DNA of 64,000 nucleotides from positions 4,362 to 68,361 of the forward strand of contig MU619390.1 of NCBI GenBank assembly GCA_025201805.1. The letters run 5' to 3'. Positions within the stretch are counted from its first letter, which is position 1. The number at the start of each line of letters is the position of its first letter. The notes under the pieces were generated by a model, which was given only the letters and a program-made list of their open reading frames with translations, had not been told where the DNA came from and searched no databases. The position numbers and the translations under genes were made by a program. The DNA comes from Parasitella parasitica NRRL 2501. Taxonomy: Eukaryota > Fungi > Mucoromycota. Positions 12,151-26,382 of the stretch are shown here, one piece after another.

Positions 12151-15100
12151 TCCAACTCTATCTATTGCTAACTCTACCAAATCATAATTCATTGCATGCC
12201 CATATCTCTCCCTTTCATTTTATCTCTCTATCCTTGTCTCTCAACTGTGTGTAATTTTCTCAACGTATGCCATGGCTCCTCTCACATTGCTATTCAATCC
12301 TTATGCTATCCTATAATTCTTACATAATTCGTATTTCTGTATATGCCTTTTTCCAAAACCAATTAAATTAATTATTCGCCTTGTCTGATTGTTTTTTATC
12401 TGTGCACAACATTATTATTCTCATTCTTAAATCACTATTTTTTTATTCTACTTGTTCATAATAAAAATTAATTACCCCCATGAATTTTTACATTCACTCT
12501 TTAANNNNNNNNNNAAAAAAAAAAAAAAGCTATTTACTTGATTTGAATCATGTATTCATATTTCTCGGATAACCCAAATTTTCGGTTTTATGATTAAAGG
12601 ATATGCACGGTATGTACTTCCAGATCCTATGCTACAATGTACAGTATGCTGTTTTTAATAACCCCTTGGAGTGTGAAAATATCTTGAAAGCCTGCTGGAG
12701 CTTTTCATTCATAAATTGGAGTTGAATCCTTTCCCTGACAATGAGAATTTGCTCTTCTTGGGATAGATATTTATGCTACTCCTGTGCTCTCCTTTCTTCT
12801 TGTTCCGCAACATTGTGCCGCGAGGTACATATTGAAAAGCTTTGCAAATAGAATACAAATGCTCAAAGCACTGTTTTGATGCAACAAATATTGATTTTCC
12901 CCAATCTCGTTCCATGTAACAGAATGTCGTATACTTTATATGTAATAGATTTGGCGATGTATTCAAGTTTCAGATTCATTGGAGTCCCTCTCTTATTTTT
13001 ATAAAAGAATACTTCGAACATTATGGATAAGGGGCCCATAAAAAACTGATTGACTTGACTTGATTGATGCAATATTTAAAAACATAAAGCTCCTGATAAT
13101 ATACTTATTAGCCCCTAGCGAATGAGTTAATAATTTAATTCAGAGTGCGATAAATGTACATATGTATACTCAAAAGCAACGATACCTCTGTCCAGAAGTG
13201 CGTTATGCTGGATGCTGGGTATATGCAGAAATTCTGTGTTAATTGCAAGATCAAGCATTCTGAGGACATAATGTATATTTAGAAAAAGGAAGCCCAAGAC
13301 ATGTATTCATTATGTGTAACTGTTTATACCGCCCATTTGCGTTTTATGATGTATCCACAACAAATTAGCAACCAGAAACCTTGCTTGTTTTCAATTGTCA
13401 TCAAACATTTAAACTTTTAATTTTTTGCCACTGGACAGAAGCCACTGAATTCTTACTGTCAAGATTCATTTTAATCATGTGAATAAAGATACTTGGATTT
13501 CAATAGCTGACTTACTACATAGCAGCTGTCCTTGTACATATCTATTGCTGGTCGACTTTTACTTTCATGTCCAAGAAGGCTGATTACATGATATAAATGC
13601 AAATGTGTGAGCAGCCTCTTTTCCAACCCTTTCTGTCTCCTCAGTTTTGGTTTACAAAGCATGAAACTTATGCTTAAAATGGTCTTAGTTGTGAAAGCGT
13701 TGAAGCTATTGGTGCTCATGTTGATAATCTTGTACCTAATCTCCTTTCTTGATCCTTATCATTTACACTTCCCTTCTAATCAATCGCACGTAAAATATAA
13801 TTTTTTTCTTTATATTTACTATGTATACAGTATGACCATCCTCTTACATCGATTCAAAAAGCATAAGGTTTCATGCAAATTCGAGAATGCATATGTGTGG
13901 AGATAATATGCACAGCGTATTTTCTCAGGAGAATTTTCAGGACAATAGTGATTTTTCATATTGACTGATTCTGTTACACTACAAGGTTGTACATATGGAA
14001 CTGCATGTTCTGGATAACATCTGGGACCAAGAATGGATGCTGTTAATTTATACACTATTGCGAACGAATCGAATATGAATGAAAAGAAAAACTTCAAGTT
14101 TTTGCAGTCTGGTTAGTTTTTTTCAACATGCGGCCCATCTTTATTTTCATCATAGCTTTACTGCTATGACCAGTGATCCTAATGAAGGAGGAATGTTAAA
14201 GGGGTAAATGAAATAAAAAATGGAAGATCAACTTTATGTACACTGTATAAAAAAAAAACTTGTTTCCAACATTTTACTCCTGTATATGAATGTTTGCTTC
14301 CTTTTTTGACATATATAACATCAATTGCTTTTGTAGATATTTCATTGTTGCAGAGGACTTTTTGGTAATGGGGCATTGAGGAGAGGTATACTTGAGCGGA
14401 AAACTTTTGATAGTACAGTTGAAATTCCAATTAGTTCTCCAGCTCAGGATTTGCAATTCTTGGCAATCGAATTTGACAGTGAACATTTATAGATCTGATG
14501 CACGTATGTCACGAAGTGGAAAGCCAGAACTAAAATCGAAGGCTTCATGATGGCCAAAACAAATATGACAAATGTAGAATGCCATTCGAGCTTTGTTTTA
14601 ACAGTACTACAAGAAATCAATGCTGCTCTTACAAAAGAGAACAAATCTCCTTTCAAGTGACAAATAATTGTACAAAGGGTTTTAGCTCACTGATCACTTG
14701 AATCAAATCTTTTCTTGTGCATAAGAATCCAATTTGACCTTTCCTCTCTCATTAGTTTTCCTGAAATCCTCTTAGACCTTCATAACATTTTGTAGCCGAA
14801 TTATTCTGCTGGATTTGATCGAAAATTATTGTTAGCGAGTGGATCCAATTTGTCACAGAAGTCAATTTGAGCATGCTGTATTAGATTAGCCATTCAATCT
14901 CGCTATGCTTGCTGAACGGCGTCCTTTTGCAGGTTCATTACCATATTTCAGGAATTGTTTTAGATCTGCATCTCACTATGGCAAAAAAATCTTGGTAGCT
15001 TAGGAAATAAATTTTGGCGCTTCGAGTTCTAAGGTGATTATTAGGTTAGCGCGCTGTCTATGAGCATTATCACGCAGGTTTTGAATCTTCGCTTCACTTC

Positions 15101-15541
15101 TTAAAATAAGATGTTTGGGTTAATCCGTAACTTCTGATTAATATAGCATCAAAGCAATATATATATATGCTTACTTTCAGTCAGAGGCAACTCTCGGTTA
15201 AATATTTATTAAAATCATACTATAGTCTACTTTATAGAGCATGTTTTATATTTGCTACATTTACCAATATTGATAATCCTTTATTATTTTCTGCTTCGCA
15301 AGTCAGGGGTAAAGTATCCTATTAGACCCTCCTTCCCTCAACATCCTTATTCACCTTTTTTAATGCTCAATACTGCTCTGTACTAATACCGTAATGATCA
15401 CAATATCATCTGTTTGTGACCCTCCCAAAATCCTCTCCCGAGCTGGGAGGAAATACCCCAGGATCCTTCCGAGCCATGATCAAGTAATCCGTCTCTAGAC
15501 ATTTTATTTATGTTTTGAATTTGTTGCCAATAGAAGTGTTT

Positions 15542-17919
15542 CTAGTAGGCAGCAGCTAACCCTTTCTTTCTCGGATCACTTGCAGCATGGAGTGTACCGT
15601 TACTAAAACGTCTAATAGCCTGGGAAGCCGACACAGTACCTGTTTCTCTCAAATTTCGAAGCTATTTACAAAGCAGTACAGATTAGCCTAGCTCAATCAA
15701 TTTCTTTTTAAACTTACCAAATGTCCTTTTTGGCGGAGTGATTGTTGAATTTCATTACTGTATCCGGTTTCAAATTGCACTTCATTAGGGATTAACTGAT
15801 GATGAATACGAGGCGATTTAACGGCCTCAAACACATTTTGGTGAAAATCATAAGTATTTAAAATGACATTAAGGGTAGCGGTTAAAATTTGGGATCCACC
15901 TGATCCACCAACAACCAGCTCTAAATTACTGCTTTCGTCTTCAATAATAGTAGGTGTAATTGTGGACAAAGGTCTCTTGAAAGGCTCTGTGCAATGTTAA
16001 CTACGTTAGAAAAAAAAAAAAGGGCCGTTTTTTACTACTCTTAAACAAACCTATATAGTTGAATGGACTAGGATATAAGCCAAAATTGTTGGGAACACCA
16101 GGAATGCTAAAATCATCCAATTCGTCATTCAGAATAACGCCTGAAGCTGGGTCCATAAATTTGGCACCAAACATGAGATTGACCGTGGAGGTTAGCGATA
16201 CAGCATTATTATCCTTATCAATGACTGAAAGATGCATTGTTCCATGCGGATCATTGTTTTCATATTTGGGTTCGTAATACAAATATTCGTGAGTCCTGTC
16301 CTGTTTATGAGAGAAATCAGTGCTGGGCGCATGAAGATACCGTTAAACCTTACATCTGTAATGTTTTTTCTGATTTTTTCTGCCCATTCTTTACTGATGA
16401 TCTCTTCAATACGTTTTTCATTATGAATGTATTCGGGGTCACCAATCTCTGTGCGAAAAGCAAATCCGTATTTCATGGCCTCAATAAAACGATGAATGTT
16501 CAACGGCGTAGGGCCTGTTACGTTGAAAAGATAAGGCTCGATGATATTCAGTACGCTCAGAAGAGCAGGGCCACTTGTAGGTGAAGATGTAGTCACCACT
16601 TTACGGCCATGATACCAAGTACTGATGGTAGGTCTTATCAAAGCTCTATAATTTCTCATGTCTTCCAACGTCAAAATCCCTCCTGCGGCTTGTGTAGCGT
16701 TGACAATCGTTTCAGCAATCACTCCCTACGTTATTATATTGCAAAGTTACACCACCCGATATTTGCAATGATCTGTAAGAAACAAACCTCATAAAATACG
16801 TCAGGCCCTTCTTTTGCAATCTTTCGTAAAGTAGCACCAAGGGTGGGTCGTTTGATATTGTCACCAGGGTTTGCAATCTTACCAGACGGAGCATATACTT
16901 TGGAAAATTCAGGCGATGCTTCGAGCCATGTTTTAGACTTCTACAAAATGATCACTCATGAGACGTCTATTGTGTTTGCTGTGCAACAAAACTTACCACT
17001 AGTTTACTATGCAACAAATCTGTTACTTTGAAGCCATCTTCGGCAACTTTGATAGCTGATACGAAAAGGTCCTCCCAAGGTATTTTGCCATGTCTTTGGT
17101 GAGCCAACTCGAAGCCTCTAATCTCACCACTGTATAGTGCATTAGACCTCAGATCCCATCCATCCTACACACAAACTTACGGTACACCCACGGATAATCC
17201 ACCAACTTGAGCAGCCATTGGATTGTCGACAAACATATCTCTAAATGAAGCAGCAGGCGCGGTCTCTCTAAAATCAATATGTTCATAATCAGTGCCATTT
17301 CGAATCAGCATAAATCCACCACTATTGCATAGATTTGTTAGCTTCTCTTTTGCATCAAATGCCTGAGCAACTTACCCGCCAATGCCTAAAAATTTACCAA
17401 ATCGAAAAAATTAACAACCAATGGAAATTGCGCCATTTTTGAAGCTTATTTCATTCGATCTGAGACCTACCAGTGGCAAAACTATTTACGACACCAATAC
17501 AAAGAGCAGACGCAATTGCTGCGTCGACGGCACTACCGCCCTTTTTCAAAACTGATAATATTATAAGACCCAGGACGTTGCGAAAACTAAACCAAACTTA
17601 CTGTTAATGCCAGCATGAGAGCATTCCTCCAACTCTACTGCAACAGCCCCTTGATGGCCAACCACAAGGTGTGGCATTGAGTCCTCTTTTTTTTTTAAAA
17701 AAAAAAAAAAAGAAAAAAAAAAGCATTAGCATTCTTGTATTATTCTACAAAATACTTGGTACCTGAGGCCTTTTGATGTAGAAGAGACACGATTATGGTC
17801 AGAGAGGAGATGACAAGTAAGGCTGCGACTGCAATTAAAAGCTGACGGCCTCTATTGTCCCTTTTTCCTGCATTTCTCACCAATAATGCCTGCCTTTCTT
17901 GGTCTATATTTTTAGCCAT
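15542..17919 (-). CDS. GGT: Gamma-glutamyl transpeptidase (type II membrane, many exons)
   Basis: GGSAVDAAIASALCIGVV, GIGGGGFM, IDFRETAP, HGTMHLSV (Thr nucleophile), LNDELDDFS, GGSGGSQI, ASDPRKKGLAAAY*. Confidence 0.93.
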
Positions 17920-18324
17920 CCGTTTTTTTTTTTTTTTTAATTTTGAGAAAGGAAAAATGGAAATGTTTGCATTGTTGTTTATTTATACCATGTGTGAGAA
18001 AGGTCACACAAGTCCTATTAAAGCAACTTTGATAACAAGGACCTCACCGCCACTGGCTAGCAACAAACCAACTTTTAGCAAACAAGTGTTGCTGTGCTAA
18101 TTGAATGAAATAGCTTATCTAATAATAAAAATAATAATAATAAAGCAATCGCATCTACGCCAAATAAAAGTCTATTTTTTTATGCTTTTATTGATATTTC
18201 ATATGCTGATTTATTTGTGCCTTATCTCGCAAAGAAAAAAAAAAGATCGGATACAAAACAGTCTGTGATTTCATTAAATGATGTATGTTTTTTTGTTGTG
18301 TTGTTGTATCAATATCTGAATTCC

Positions 18325-18953
18325 TTATTTTTCCTACAATGCAGGATTAGCATCCAGAAAGAAAGAAAGAAAGAAAAAAAAATCAACTTACAGGAATCTC
18401 AACTTCACCAGCATCAATGGCAGCACAAATATCGTTAGGACTTTGGCCATCAACAGTACAACCAACAGAGAAAGCGGTGCCGAGGATTTCCTTTACTGTA
18501 CCAGAGAGTTCACGAGCCAAAGACTTGAATCGCATGGTACGGGCAATTTCAATGATATCCTCAAGAGAGACGTTGCCACTGTGCTTGATATTCTTCTCCT
18601 TCTTACGATCACGAAGAGGTTCCTTGAGAGCCTTGATGACTAAAGATGAAGCAGAAGGAACAACGGAAACTTGAGCTTGACGGTTTTGAATGGTCAGTTG
18701 CACAGTAACACGGAGGCCCTTCCATTCTTTAGTGCCCTTGGCAATATCTTCACCGACCTTCTTGGGGGACAAACCAAGAGGACCAATTTTAGGGGCAAGA
18801 GCACTAGAAGCACCGACTTCACCACTATTAAGAGCGTTAGTTTATTCAAGAGACCTATACAACAACAACTACAACAACAACAAAAACAAAAACTAACCCA
18901 GTGGCACGAAGGTAGATGATCTTAACCTCAGAGGGATCAAACTTGGGAGGCAT
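18325..18953 (-). CDS. RPL12: 60S ribosomal protein L12 (uL11); 2 coding introns plus a 5'UTR intron
   Basis: [17 protein letters not shown]…[29 protein letters not shown]…[19 protein letters not shown]; the final EK* is in a tiny last exon. Confidence 0.97.
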
Positions 18954-19590
18954 ACTATAGCCAAATGTGGTTGTTCAGTTTCAATAGACCATAGATGGAC
19001 GGATGGATGAATTCAAATGTAGCTAGTTTACCTGTGATATGTTGAGAAAGGAAGGTTTTTTGCTGTTGGATGCTTTGCGCCTGATTAAGTTCTCAAATGC
19101 ATTAACAAGGAATTGATTAGAGAGGTGCCCAAAATCATGTCCGGTCCGGGATAACTGATAGCTTGTTTGTATCACATTTTTTAAATGAACCCTGGAGCGT
19201 AAATAAGTTTACAGAATGGCAGTGAGAACAATTACATGAAACTCCAAGATATTTTATGCATGAAATACATATCATTGCCATGATGTCTAAAAAATTAAAC
19301 ATTGAGCAGCTCAACTGAATTTCTAAATAGGCTGGGTATTTTTGGTGGTCTATGCTGCGACTGTTTTCACTAGCAATCATAGAACAAAGATACACCCCCA
19401 TTCTAATGAACTAGGCTTAGGGCACTGTAAAATAAATTCATCTTGAAAAAAATACTCCTTTTTTTTTGTAGCCTTTTTTTTGTTTTTTTTGTTTTGTTTC
19501 TTGTACAACGATTGTTTGGTTTTCTTTCTTCTCGTCCATCTAAGCACATATATTAATAAATAATACGTATTTATACTAGCACATATCGTA

Positions 19591-22072
19591 ATGTCTTTCT
19601 CAAAATCGCAGGGAAAGAAACAAGAGATCGCCTACCAACAAAAACAACAAAAGTATGTTTTTTAATCATAGATAGAGCAAAAAGAAAAACTACTTACATT
19701 TAGCGTTAGCCGCAACAATAGCAACACTAAGAAATGGTCCAACAACAACACTACAGCTCGCAGCCACGCGTCCCCACCTTCCCCAGCTGCTGAGCCCATT
19801 CATCAAGATCTTGCCATGACGAAGCAACTACACGATAGAATGCTCTTCTTACTTGGAAATCTGACCGTAAGTTTTATAAATATGTTATGTTGGATGTGCT
19901 TACTAACACCATCCAAAGGGCTCTTTGGTGGAAGCTACAGTCAAGGATGGCTGCAAATTTAAGGGCATCTTTCACGGTGCTTCAACAGAGGGCGATTTGG
20001 GCATTGCTCTGAAGCTTGCTCAGAAGATCTACGATCCTAACGCACCTAACGAAAAAGACAAGACCAATCCAAACCCCATAAAAAACACCATGCTGATTTT
20101 CTCCAAAGATTTAGTGGAGATTAATGCTGTCAATGTTGATTTCGCTAGCACCGAAGCAATTGATCGTAACAGTAAGTAGCACGCAAACACACGGATGCAC
20201 AGCGAGGGCAATTTACAGAAATAATCTCTTTTCTAGCCTTCAAAACCGACACAGACATCAGTGGAAAATTGGACATCAAAGAGCGTGAGTTACAGAAATG
20301 GACACCAGCTGCAGACGATGGCAGCAATTCAGCTCTATTAGAAAGTAGTTTGGGATCAAATGAGGGCGGATCATGGGATCAGTTTGCCGCAAACGAGAAA
20401 CTGTTTGGCCTAAAGACTGATTTTGATGAGGAGATTTACACGACGGCATTGAATAGATCTGCTCCTGGTTATAAGGATCGTGAAAAGCATGCCATCAAGA
20501 TGGCTAATGAGATTCAAAAGATGGCAACTACAAATGTGCACATGCAGGAAGAGCGTGGCCTGGCTATTGATGATAGTGGGATGGACGAGGAGGATTTATA
20601 TGGGGCTGTTGTACGTGAGACGAATCCCAACAAATACGTGCCTCCTGCCCTTCGCAAAACCCAGCAACAACAACCGCCCAAGAAGGAAAAACTCAATCCA
20701 CTGAACAAACTGATGACTTCGGATTTGCCCAAGGCTTCCTCAAACCCTTCGCCCATTGCCGACTTACCAACCACTCGTCGCGAATCTAGCGACGAGAGCA
20801 GCAACGAGCCACATAAACGTATCGAAACTGAAATTGCGACTCGCTTTAGACACTTTGCAAAGATGGAGAAGGACAAGCTTAACGCCAAAAAGCAGGCATT
20901 GCAAAGAAAGGAAAAGGATAATCTTTTGACTGAACTGAAAAAGTTCTATCAAACGTTCAAATTAGATGTGCCCGTTCCTGCTGATTTGGTTCCATTGCTC
21001 TCAAAAAAAAAGACTCCAGCAGACGGTACTACGAGTGGCAGTGGCAAGGTCGATCTCCCTGAATCCAACAAAAACCTGCCTGCTCAAAAGCCTCTCCCAT
21101 CTTCCACTGCCACAGCTACAACACCGACATCATCAAGGTTGGCAGATACAGCAAAGAAATCTATTGTCCCTACTACTTCCTCAATTCCGGTAGGCTCAGT
21201 AGCCTCCCCTGCTCCTCCATCTCCTGTACCCGTCACTGCCACAACCACCGCCACAACAACCACTGTTAGCACCGCTGGATCTTCTCCAGCTACATCCAAC
21301 TCGTTTAAATTCAATGTAAAAGCATCCTCCTTCAAACCTAACCCTTCAGCTGCAGCTTTTGTTCCTGGCGGCGGCAATGGATCTATCACCGCCAACAACC
21401 CCAATACTTCTCCCATCGGCGTTTCTACAGCTGCTGACAATGCTGAAGATAGCAATCCTCATACATTCTTTAACGGGCGTCAATTAAAGAAGGGTGTGCC
21501 TGCTGAGCATATGACAATGACTGAGGCCTTTGCTCCCTCGTTCTTGGATAAAGACTTGCCAGCTGGTTCTGTTGGCCCCACTTGGCCATTTGGACATAAA
21601 TCTTATCGGGTTCAATTCAGTCAATTTGGATACGACGAAGATGTGTATAGCTATCCTTCACCCAATTATGCCTACTATCCGCAATACCGCTATCCTTTCC
21701 CTCAGATGCCTTATCCTCAATTTGTTCAACCTCCCATGCCTCCTACTTATAGTCCTCAGATGGCAGCTAGTGTCTCTCCACACGGCTCGCCCTTCCCTCC
21801 TCAAGCATTTTCCTCTCCACAGAGATCACCAATGGTTCCTCAACAAATGCCACAAATATATCAATACAATGGACCCCCAATGATGATGCATTATCGCCCC
21901 GAGATGATGCAAAGACCTGTAATGGTAGAAACCGTATCTTATTCTCCTCAGTATCAACAAGATCCACCAGGTAAGCCATAAATAACTTGAGGGGGGGGTT
22001 TTTTTTACTAATGCAAACTCATGATAAATAGCTACTGATTCAAGCGCTGAAACACCACCGCCTACAAACTAG
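19591..22072 (+). CDS. PBP1: Ataxin-2/Pbp1 homolog (LSm, LsmAD, PAM2, low-complexity tail)
   Basis: FKTDTDIS, ERELQKW, WDQFAANEKLFGLKTDFDEEIYTT, HMQEERG, DEEDLYGAV and the PAM2-like FNVKASSFKPNPSAAAFVPG. Confidence 0.9.
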
Positions 22073-22150
22073 TAATGCTGATTCTTGTTTTTTTACTTTT
22101 ACAAAATAAATATACATGATGGTCGCTGGTGGTCCATATTAATCAACCAC

Positions 22151-23668
22151 TTATTCTTTTTGACTCAAAAGGTTTTGTTTGATAGCATCTGATCTCTTTT
22201 TGATTGACGCAATGATTTCGTTTCCTTGTTCTCGAACTTTTGCAATATTTCCGTCCACCAAATGATGGAGATATGCTTCTACTGTCATCTTTTTCTGTTC
22301 TTCTGTGAGCGGCGCTGAACTGGCTTCTAACGACATGGCTGATGGTGGCGCTGTGGATGTTGTTTGTGGATGCAATTCTCGACATTGGCCATCGGCAGTG
22401 ATTAGATTGTGAGTGCGACCTACAGCATTAGAAGCGGGCGTTCTAATACTATTGTTGTTGACATTTTCGTTACCGCCTGTAATAGGAGAAAGAGGGCAGT
22501 TGCCAAATATATCCAAGACATCAACTGTAGTGTGTATGCTGTTCTTTGGTGTCGATTGAAGATATTTCATTTGTTTTGCAATAGATGCTGAGACTTCGGG
22601 GTTGCGTGTCCTCGTACGTGATGAGAGTACGGTTGGTGATTTGGGTACGGTTGTGGGAGCAGTAGAGTTACGGCTCTTGGAAAGACTAACGGCTTTCTTG
22701 GGGGCAGTCGCATGCTCAACAGCCCTTCCTTTACCTTTGTCTTTGAGGCGATCATCACTGCCACTTGTCACAGGCGATGGTGGTGATGGTAGTGAGAGGG
22801 CTGCTGGCTCGGCCGACTGCTGGGGTTCATTGAGTCGAACTGCAAGCCCTTTGGTTGGACCATTATCGTTTTCTGTTAGCATTGGTTCTGGAGGCGGGAA
22901 AGTAGGAGACATGAGTAGAACTTCTTCTGGTTCAGGTGCACTCGGCAATGGTGGCGGTGATATCGATTGTGATGTTTGTCTCTTGTCACTTTCAGGTTCT
23001 CGTTTTGACCGTTTTGTTGGTTTTGTTGGTTTTGTTGGTTTTGTTGGTTTTGTTGGTTTTGTCGGGTTTTGGGCTTTCTTGACACTTGGCTTTGGTTGAT
23101 AAATTTTTTCAATCAAAGGCGGTTTAGGAGTTGCCCCAGTCTTTTCTACCAACGATGAAGTTTTGAAGTCTAAATTCGAGAATATATCTACGTTAGATTG
23201 TTTGCCTGAGGAGGGCAATAGTCTTTGTCTATTCCTCCTCGCTGTTGATTGATTCCCATATGTGAACGCAGGCTTTCTAATATGAGTTGGTATATCCAAA
23301 ATCTGCTTGATATCCCAAATACTATCATCGTCTACTTCTATTGCGGTTGCTTTCCGTTTCTGTGGCACGAAATTCTTGTCAAACTCCTCGGCCTCTCCCT
23401 ACATAAAACGGTCAGTACATGTTATCAACGTCAGGCCTATTCATGCATACCTCCAACTGACTAGCAGCCGTTTTGAATGTCTCGTTTGATGCAGCGCTCG
23501 TTGCTGTGTCTCTTTTATTTTTGGTTCGACTGCTCGGTGCTCTCTGAAAGAGAGGACGTGAGCGCTTCACTTCTTTATGCTCTCCCCTATTGAAAACAGA
23601 TTGATTGAGTCTGATATATTTACGTTGCTATTGCTTTACAATGTATCTAACCTTTTTTCAGGTTTCAT
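22151..23668 (-). CDS. Low-complexity basic protein with a Bir1/survivin-like C-terminal helix; no BIR domain seen; start uncertain
   Basis: The C-terminus LTEEQKKMTVEAYLHHLVDGNIAKVREQGNEII resembles the fungal Bir1 C-terminal helix. Upstream exons MKPEK and REHRAVE…KRLL splice in frame. Confidence 0.55.
23011..23064 (-). repeat. 9-bp tandem repeat encoding (PTK)n
   Basis: gttttgttg x5 plus one variant copy. Confidence 0.9.
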
Positions 23669-25113
23669 ATTGCTAATTCTGCGGAATTCTCTGGAGTTGA
23701 CTTGAAATAAAAATTCTGATCAACTATATACCAATATGCATTGTACTAATACCACTTGGTGTATGGGACAGCTTTTTATTAATTGCACGACACTGACATG
23801 CTTATCCAAGTACCTGGGAGCACTGAGATTTTTATCGAAAACCACAAACTTGAATAAATGGAAAGAAAATACACACTTTGATGGTATTAGTCTTCTAATC
23901 TATAATTACTCTATCCATTTGATGAACATGGTTAGTTACGCCAACTAAGATCCAAGTTTGATTGATTGTATTGAAGACTTGTATGAAGACGATATTTCAG
24001 CAATTACAACAACAAAAAGCAAAAGAACTGAACAAATAATTAAAGGCCTTAGCTTCTCTGCTACCCTCATGTAATCGCAAACGGAAACGAGCAAATCAAT
24101 GCAAATATTCACAATGTAATTAACGATGCTTGAAACTACACTCATCCCGCCCTTTGTAAATATAATCTCTTATTCCATTAAAATAAAATCCAAAGTTAAA
24201 CCATCCATGCTGGAATTCTGCCATTCAAAGCTTTAAACGCATAAACTCTTATTCGATTTCTAGCTGCTCTGTCTCTCCAGCATTTGTTGTGTGTTTGCAA
24301 AAAGTTGCTGCCTTCGTATCTTTTCTGTAAACAAAATGAGAGTAGCACCGAATATACGAAGCCATATAAATTATTCATTATTCTGAGAGCATATTTGGTA
24401 AATGTCTGTAAATGGAGTCTCTCTAACTGACCTTTATCCTTTGTTTTGAACTTTGAAGTTACTGAGACTACAAAATGCGCATTTCAGGCTAGTCAAATGT
24501 TCAGATTAGTACAGACGAAAACGCAAATTGGGTTTTGTCAAAAGTGTCAATTGAGAAATTCAAAAGCGCTATTTGGCACTGGAGGCACTGTATCATTCCT
24601 TTCAAGATTCTGTAAATGGATCTGTTTAGATCGAGAGAAAAAAAAAGGCAAGTCTGAAAGGTGTAGTGTAAGACACAAAAATGCTTAGCTTTTTATATAT
24701 TTTTTGGATTGTCAGGTGAGACAGGGGAATGCAAGGGTGCTTGATGAATGCAGATCCTTACAACACGCATTTATAAGCTAATCAACAAGTTCTTCCTGTT
24801 GACATTTAAAATATGCACATTTTCAGTATCATTGTACAGATTTCACATTGAATTATACAAACTGTAATAGCCCTGAAGAGTTCAACAGACATCCCGACAG
24901 GTAATATGTTTCTTCGTCATTTTGCCTCACGCTACTCGGGGCAACTATTAAAGAGTTTATTTTGGATGTCTGGCTGAACCACTTGGAACCCGAAATAAAG
25001 TTGGAACAAACATTTGCTTTTTCGAACTTTGCTTTTCTCGTGGCCTTGAGTTAAACATTGTGTCACGAGAATACTTGCTAAATTATCTCACCTTACAGTA
25101 AAAGTCTACAGGT

Positions 25114-26270
25114 TTATTTCTTTGAATGAGTATAGATTTTATGAACACCCATAGCAGATGTCATCAAGACAATGATCGATGCTCCAGAGATGCTATAGAT
25201 ATCTGGGTATTCGTGCAAGATGAAAATACCAAACAAGAATGCGAAAACGACATCATTCATACGCATAAGGGTTCCTGGTCCAGCAGGAGCCATCTGTAAA
25301 CTAGAGAGGTCTTTAATATAGACAAAACAACGCACGAAACTGCAGTAATTACCCTTGATTTAAAAAGCATTGACCAACAAACGCAGACAAACCAACTAAA
25401 AGCAACATGACATATTCATAAAGCCCGCGAGGCATAACGGGCGATTGGAATGAGATCAAGCCGATTGGAGCAATAACAACGGATACCAAGCCAAAGTAAA
25501 CAACATGTACCAGGTAATGGGCACCTCTGCCAATCTTACGAACTGTAACATAGGCTACAGCCGACATCATGGCGCCCAGCAACGCACAAAGAATGGCAAA
25601 TAATCTCTGCCATTCACTGATATCTTGATCTTTATGGGGCCCTTCCTCGACACCAAAAAGGAACTGAGGTTTAGACACCAGAATGACACCGATCATGCAA
25701 GCAACAGAACAAATACCATCGAATAATGTAAATGTTTCGCCTAGCACAATGGATGCAAGAATAGCAGTGCAAGCTGGTCCCAAGAAAAAGACAACTATAT
25801 ACCCAATGTAAATCAAATCAGACTCTGCCAAAGCTCTGCAGTCTTGTGTATAGATATTTACCAGTGGCATCAGCTAAAGGCAATTTAGTGATGCTGTAAA
25901 AGAATAGAGAAAGACCTATAGTCCCAGCTAAACCTCTGAATAAAAGCCATTGACGTACGCCTGGCTTTCCCAAAGGATTGACTTTAAGAATTACACAGCC
26001 GAGTAAACCGAAAGCTGTTTGGACTATCGAGCGAGCAAACACAATTTCAAAAGAAGGGAAGCTGGTGCCACTCAATTTGACAAACAATGACATGGTAGAA
26101 AACCCAAGTGCTGACAAGGTCATGAATAATAAACCGGTTATTTCTCTGCGTTTATTGTGTTGTTGAGCTCCTTGTGGATTTTTCTGAGCATTTTCAAGCA
26201 GTGGTGTGCTCTCGCTGTGGGTTACGTTGACAATGGCTGAAGTCGTACTTGTAGTATTGCCAGCACTCAT
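25114..26270 (-). CDS. EamA/DMT (SLC35G-like) transporter, 3 exons
   Basis: Two EamA repeats: FEIVFARS, LFRGLAG, LPLADATVVFFLGP, AYVTVRKIG, GLQMAPAGPGTLMR. Confidence 0.9.
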
Positions 26271-26382
26271 GTTCTTTAATGAAAAAGAGAGAGAAAAAAA
26301 AAATACAGCAAAAAAAATTTTAGCTGCTTCTTAAAATTCATGAGCTTTTTATTTCGCAAATACATGCGAATCATGACATTTT

